Assembly (NCBI GenBank): GCA_964464605.1 | Contig: CAYXJN010000002.1 | Location: 308,344 to 328,343, forward strand | Source of the DNA: an uncultured Ignavibacteriales bacterium | GTDB lineage: Bacteria; Zixibacteria; MSB-5A5; GN15; FEB-12 | Length of the DNA: 20,000 nucleotides | Reading direction: 5' to 3' | Shown: positions 17,522 through 20,000 of the stretch, one piece after another | Numbering within the stretch: position 1 is the stretch's first letter | Layout of the letters: each line of letters starts with the position of its first letter | Position numbers and translations under genes: made by a program | The notes under the pieces: generated by a model | What the model was told of the DNA's origin: nothing | What the model saw: only the letters and a program-made list of their open reading frames with translations | Databases searched by the model: none

Positions 17522-18370
17522 CTATTTAGCCTTGCCCTGAGCTATCGGGGCAAGCGGACCGTCGGGTTTAATGAGATTGGTAAGTTGATCATATGAAATG
17601 GTAATCTGTGTCCCACCTTTGTAGCGACCTGCAATCTCTCCTTGATCAAAAAAGAAATGTAATCCAACCGAATCAACCAGAAAGTCATTATTCAAAGTAA
17701 AACCATCTTTCCCCCTAAAAGAAAAGCCTGCAGAATCCAATGAAGCTTCCGAAGAAAGCTCACGAACTTTGCGGAAAGCAATCTCTCCAAGCGAATCGAG
17801 TTGTGTTTTGTACCCCTCAACTAGAAAATCTTCAAGTGTTAAACGGTTTCCTGTTTGTGCACTTACATTAACAGAAAAACCGTATGAGCCGACAACAGCC
17901 ACGTTCATCCACGACAAATTACATGCTATCGCAAGTACATCATGGACTAAATGCACGCTGACTCCAATGCTTTTAAATGGAGGAAATCCTTCACGACCAC
18001 CGAGACAACTATCTTGTTCTTCCGAAAGAATGAATTCCCGAGCAATTGAATCAGGTGACCGACCGCTGACTTTACTATTAGCAAGAGAGTCTATTAGCCG
18101 AATCATAAGATTGTTTAAAGAATCACGTATTCCAGGAATCGAGACATAAACAAAAATCGGATAACTCACATCTATTGATGCACACCGCCTCGATGGGTCA
18201 TCAGGTATCTGGGATGCTAAACTAAATTCTCGTTGAAAATAATGAACTACGACATCTTGAGAGGAGATTTGTTTGTTTTCAGCACGAAGGGAGGAAATGG
18301 CAAATGCAGAAATGAATATAAAAAGAAAACTCCGCCCAACTGCCCATACCTTCTGCTTTGCACCTGACAT
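17522..18370 (-). CDS. RsiV/DUF3298 (PdaC-associated) family exported protein
   Basis: Signal peptide; 'IDVSYP', 'TGNRLTLEDF' and 'FxLxxDFLVDSVGLHFFFDQGEIAGRYKGGTQITISYDQL' resemble DUF4163/DUF3298; GGAGG RBS before ATG 18370. Confidence 0.75.
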   Translation of the reverse strand: MSGAKQKVWAVGRSFLFIFISAFAISSLRAENKQISSQDVVVHYFQREFSLASQIPDDPSRRCASIDVSYPIFVYVSIPGIRDSLNNLMIRLIDSLANSKVSGRSPDSIAREFILSEEQDSCLGGREGFPPFKSIGVSVHLVHDVLAIACNLSWMNVAVVGSYGFSVNVSAQTGNRLTLEDFLVEGYKTQLDSLGEIAFRKVRELSSEASLDSAGFSFRGKDGFTLNNDFLVDSVGLHFFFDQGEIAGRYKGGTQITISYDQLTNLIKPDGPLAPIAQGKAK

Positions 18371-18396
18371 ATACCCTCCGTTTATACCCATCTAAA

Positions 18397-18470
18397 TACC
18401 CCCGGCGGGAATCGAACCTGCGACCACCAGTTTAGGAAACTGTCGCTCTATCCTACTGAGCTACGGGGGC
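18397..18470 (-). tRNA. tRNA-Arg (anticodon CCT)
   Basis: GCCCCCGTAGCTCAGTAGGATAGAGCGACAGTTTCCTAAACTGGTGGTCGCAGGTTCGATTCCCGCCGGGGGTA folds as a cloverleaf with loop TT-CCT-AA; CCA not encoded. Confidence 0.95.
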
Positions 18471-18552
18471 AGACTACGTCTGTTTTATTTATTAAAACAA
18501 ATTTGCCCGTAACTAACAATAGTGAAGCGTGGCTACGCCCCCTGTTTTATTG

Positions 18553-19077
18553 CTACTCGGAATCGTACGAAATCAGATAATTCACATCGTACCGCATCAG
18601 CTTTTCCGGCCAGGGCAGAAACGACAGTGAAATCACGGCCGATACACCGGCCACGACGCCGCCAAGCCGTTCAACCAGCTTACCGACTGCATCAATAGTC
18701 CCGCCAGTTGCCAGCAAATCATCGACAATAATGACCCGCTCCCCTTTGCTGATGGCATCTTCGTGCATGAACAGTTTATCGGTGCCGTATTCAAGCGCAT
18801 AGACTTCATGAATCGTTTTGTACGGCAGCTTTCCGGGTTTACGGGCAGGCACCAACCCGACGCCAAGCCGGTCGGCAATCGCACCGCCGAAAATCAGTCC
18901 GCGCGCTTCGACCGCGACAATCTTTTGACAGTCACGTGAACGTGCGTATTTCTCCATAGCATCCACCGCTTTGGCGAATCCGACACCGCTTTGAATGAGG
19001 GTGGTAATATCGTAAAAGTTGATCCCCGGTTTGGGAAAATCCGGAACGCTGCGAATATACTGTTTGAGTTCTTCCAT
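18553..19077 (-). CDS. apt: Adenine phosphoribosyltransferase
   Basis: IRSVPDFPKPGINFYDITTL, EARG, RKPGKLP, YALEYG and PRPP-binding VIIVDDLLATGGT. Confidence 0.96.
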   Translation of the reverse strand: MEELKQYIRSVPDFPKPGINFYDITTLIQSGVGFAKAVDAMEKYARSRDCQKIVAVEARGLIFGGAIADRLGVGLVPARKPGKLPYKTIHEVYALEYGTDKLFMHEDAISKGERVIIVDDLLATGGTIDAVGKLVERLGGVVAGVSAVISLSFLPWPEKLMRYDVNYLISYDSE

Positions 19078-19089
19078 TGGTTTCCTGCA

Positions 19090-19368
19090 TCAGTAGGTTA
19101 TATCAAATCCGGTATATTTTCCACTCGACTCACGCCAATCGACTGCTATTTCTTTCACGCGCGAGGCCGGTGGTCCTGCTTTCAGCTTTTCTATCAGCGC
19201 CAAACAATCCACTTTTTCACCTTCGACAAGCGCCTCTACCGATCCATCCGGCAAATTACGCACCCATCCGGTCAGATTACATTCATTCGCCCGGCGTCGG
19301 CAGAAATCCCGATACCCTACTCCTTGAACAATGCCAGTGATAGAAAGCCGCGCGGATACAAGACTCAC
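19090..19368 (-). CDS. acyP: Acylphosphatase
   Basis: GIVQGVGYR and GWVRNLPDGSVE signatures; GTG start overlaps the upstream stop (GTGA). Confidence 0.93.
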   Translation of the reverse strand: MSLVSARLSITGIVQGVGYRDFCRRRANECNLTGWVRNLPDGSVEALVEGEKVDCLALIEKLKAGPPASRVKEIAVDWRESSGKYTGFDITY

Positions 19369-19838
19369 TTTTTAGCAGTCGCTAACTCCATTGCCATCTT
19401 CGCCGCTTTCAGCGGTGTGTCGGCCTGATAAAGCTCTTCTCCTAATTTCCAGGCATTAACCGAAACTACCGGTTTACCGGCGTTGAGCGCGAAGGCCATC
19501 TCGGTCAGTGTACCGTATTTGCCGGGAAAGGCAATAACGGCATCCGCCGTACGCACGACCATAACGTTACGCGCTTCGCCGAATCCGGTCGGGATGACAT
19601 AATCGATATATTCATTCGCGTCATCACGATTATCAGTCGGCAGAATGCCGATCGTGGTGCCGCCTGCCTCTTTTGCTCCCTGCGCTGCCCCTTCCATAAT
19701 GCCGCCAAGCCCTCCACAAACAAGAACGCCGCCATTTTCGGCAATATACTTACCGACCTCAGCAGCCATATCACGGAGTTTTTTGGAGCATTTACCGGCG
19801 CCAACAACGGCAATAACCGGTTTCCGCTGAACAGCCAT
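19365..19838 (-). CDS. TIGR00725 family SLOG/LOG-like Rossmann-fold protein
   Basis: IAVVGAG, LVCGGLGGIMEGAAQGA, GILP, GEARN, PGKYGTLTEM motifs. Confidence 0.88.
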   Translation of the reverse strand: MAVQRKPVIAVVGAGKCSKKLRDMAAEVGKYIAENGGVLVCGGLGGIMEGAAQGAKEAGGTTIGILPTDNRDDANEYIDYVIPTGFGEARNVMVVRTADAVIAFPGKYGTLTEMAFALNAGKPVVSVNAWKLGEELYQADTPLKAAKMAMELATAKK

Positions 19839-19927
19839 TTACTTGAACCTACTTTCTTTCTGACCCATCTGTTTTCGGGTGTGATGATGTTGATTTCAAA
19901 ATTGTCTGTAGTCCTGTCAGCGTTAAA

Positions 19928-20000
19928 TCGGGGCGACTGGATTTGAACCAGCGACCTCTTAGTCCCGAACCAAGCGCGCTACCAACTGCGCTACGCCCCG
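19928..20000 (-). tRNA. tRNA-Pro (anticodon CGG)
   Basis: CGGGGCGTAGCGCAGTTGGTAGCGCGCTTGGTTCGGGACTAAGAGGTCGCTGGTTCAAATCCAGTCGCCCCGA; loop TT-CGG-GA; 5' end coincides with the window end; CCA not encoded. Confidence 0.95.

Noticed and set aside
1166..19830. Numerous 60-145 aa alternative-frame and antisense ORFs in the track
   Set aside because: They lie within or largely overlap well-supported genes and show no recognisable motifs.

Overview
Bacterial chromosomal window with almost all genes on the minus strand. The T9SS-type-A/FlgD-Ig-like C-terminal tails and gene mix suggest an FCB-affiliated lineage such as Zixibacteria (inference). Contents from left to right: a partial GT-C (PMT/ArnT-like) glycosyltransferase, two tandem paralogous secreted beta-propeller proteins, and a membrane Ser/Thr kinase with a PD40 propeller. 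Next is an AT-rich two-gene insert: a 61-aa ORF and a Rad50/SMC-like ABC ATPase with a zinc hook, a C-terminal RxxxxH HEPN-like motif and a Cys cluster, split by a +1 frameshift at an A8 run. Then come an M48 peptidase, DUF4870-like protein, GH57 (probable CTG start), TPR protein, FadL/PorV-like barrel, DUF1573, DUF3185, lmo0937-like protein, a secreted hypothetical, an RsiV/DUF3298-like protein, tRNA-Arg(CCT), apt, acylphosphatase, a TIGR00725/SLOG protein and tRNA-Pro(CGG). The best candidate for a new system is the RloC-like ATPase-HEPN plus small-partner defence cassette. A second notable signal is the enrichment of D-(S/T)-(A/I/L/M/T/V) O-glycosylation-type sequons in exported proteins near a GT-C gene.
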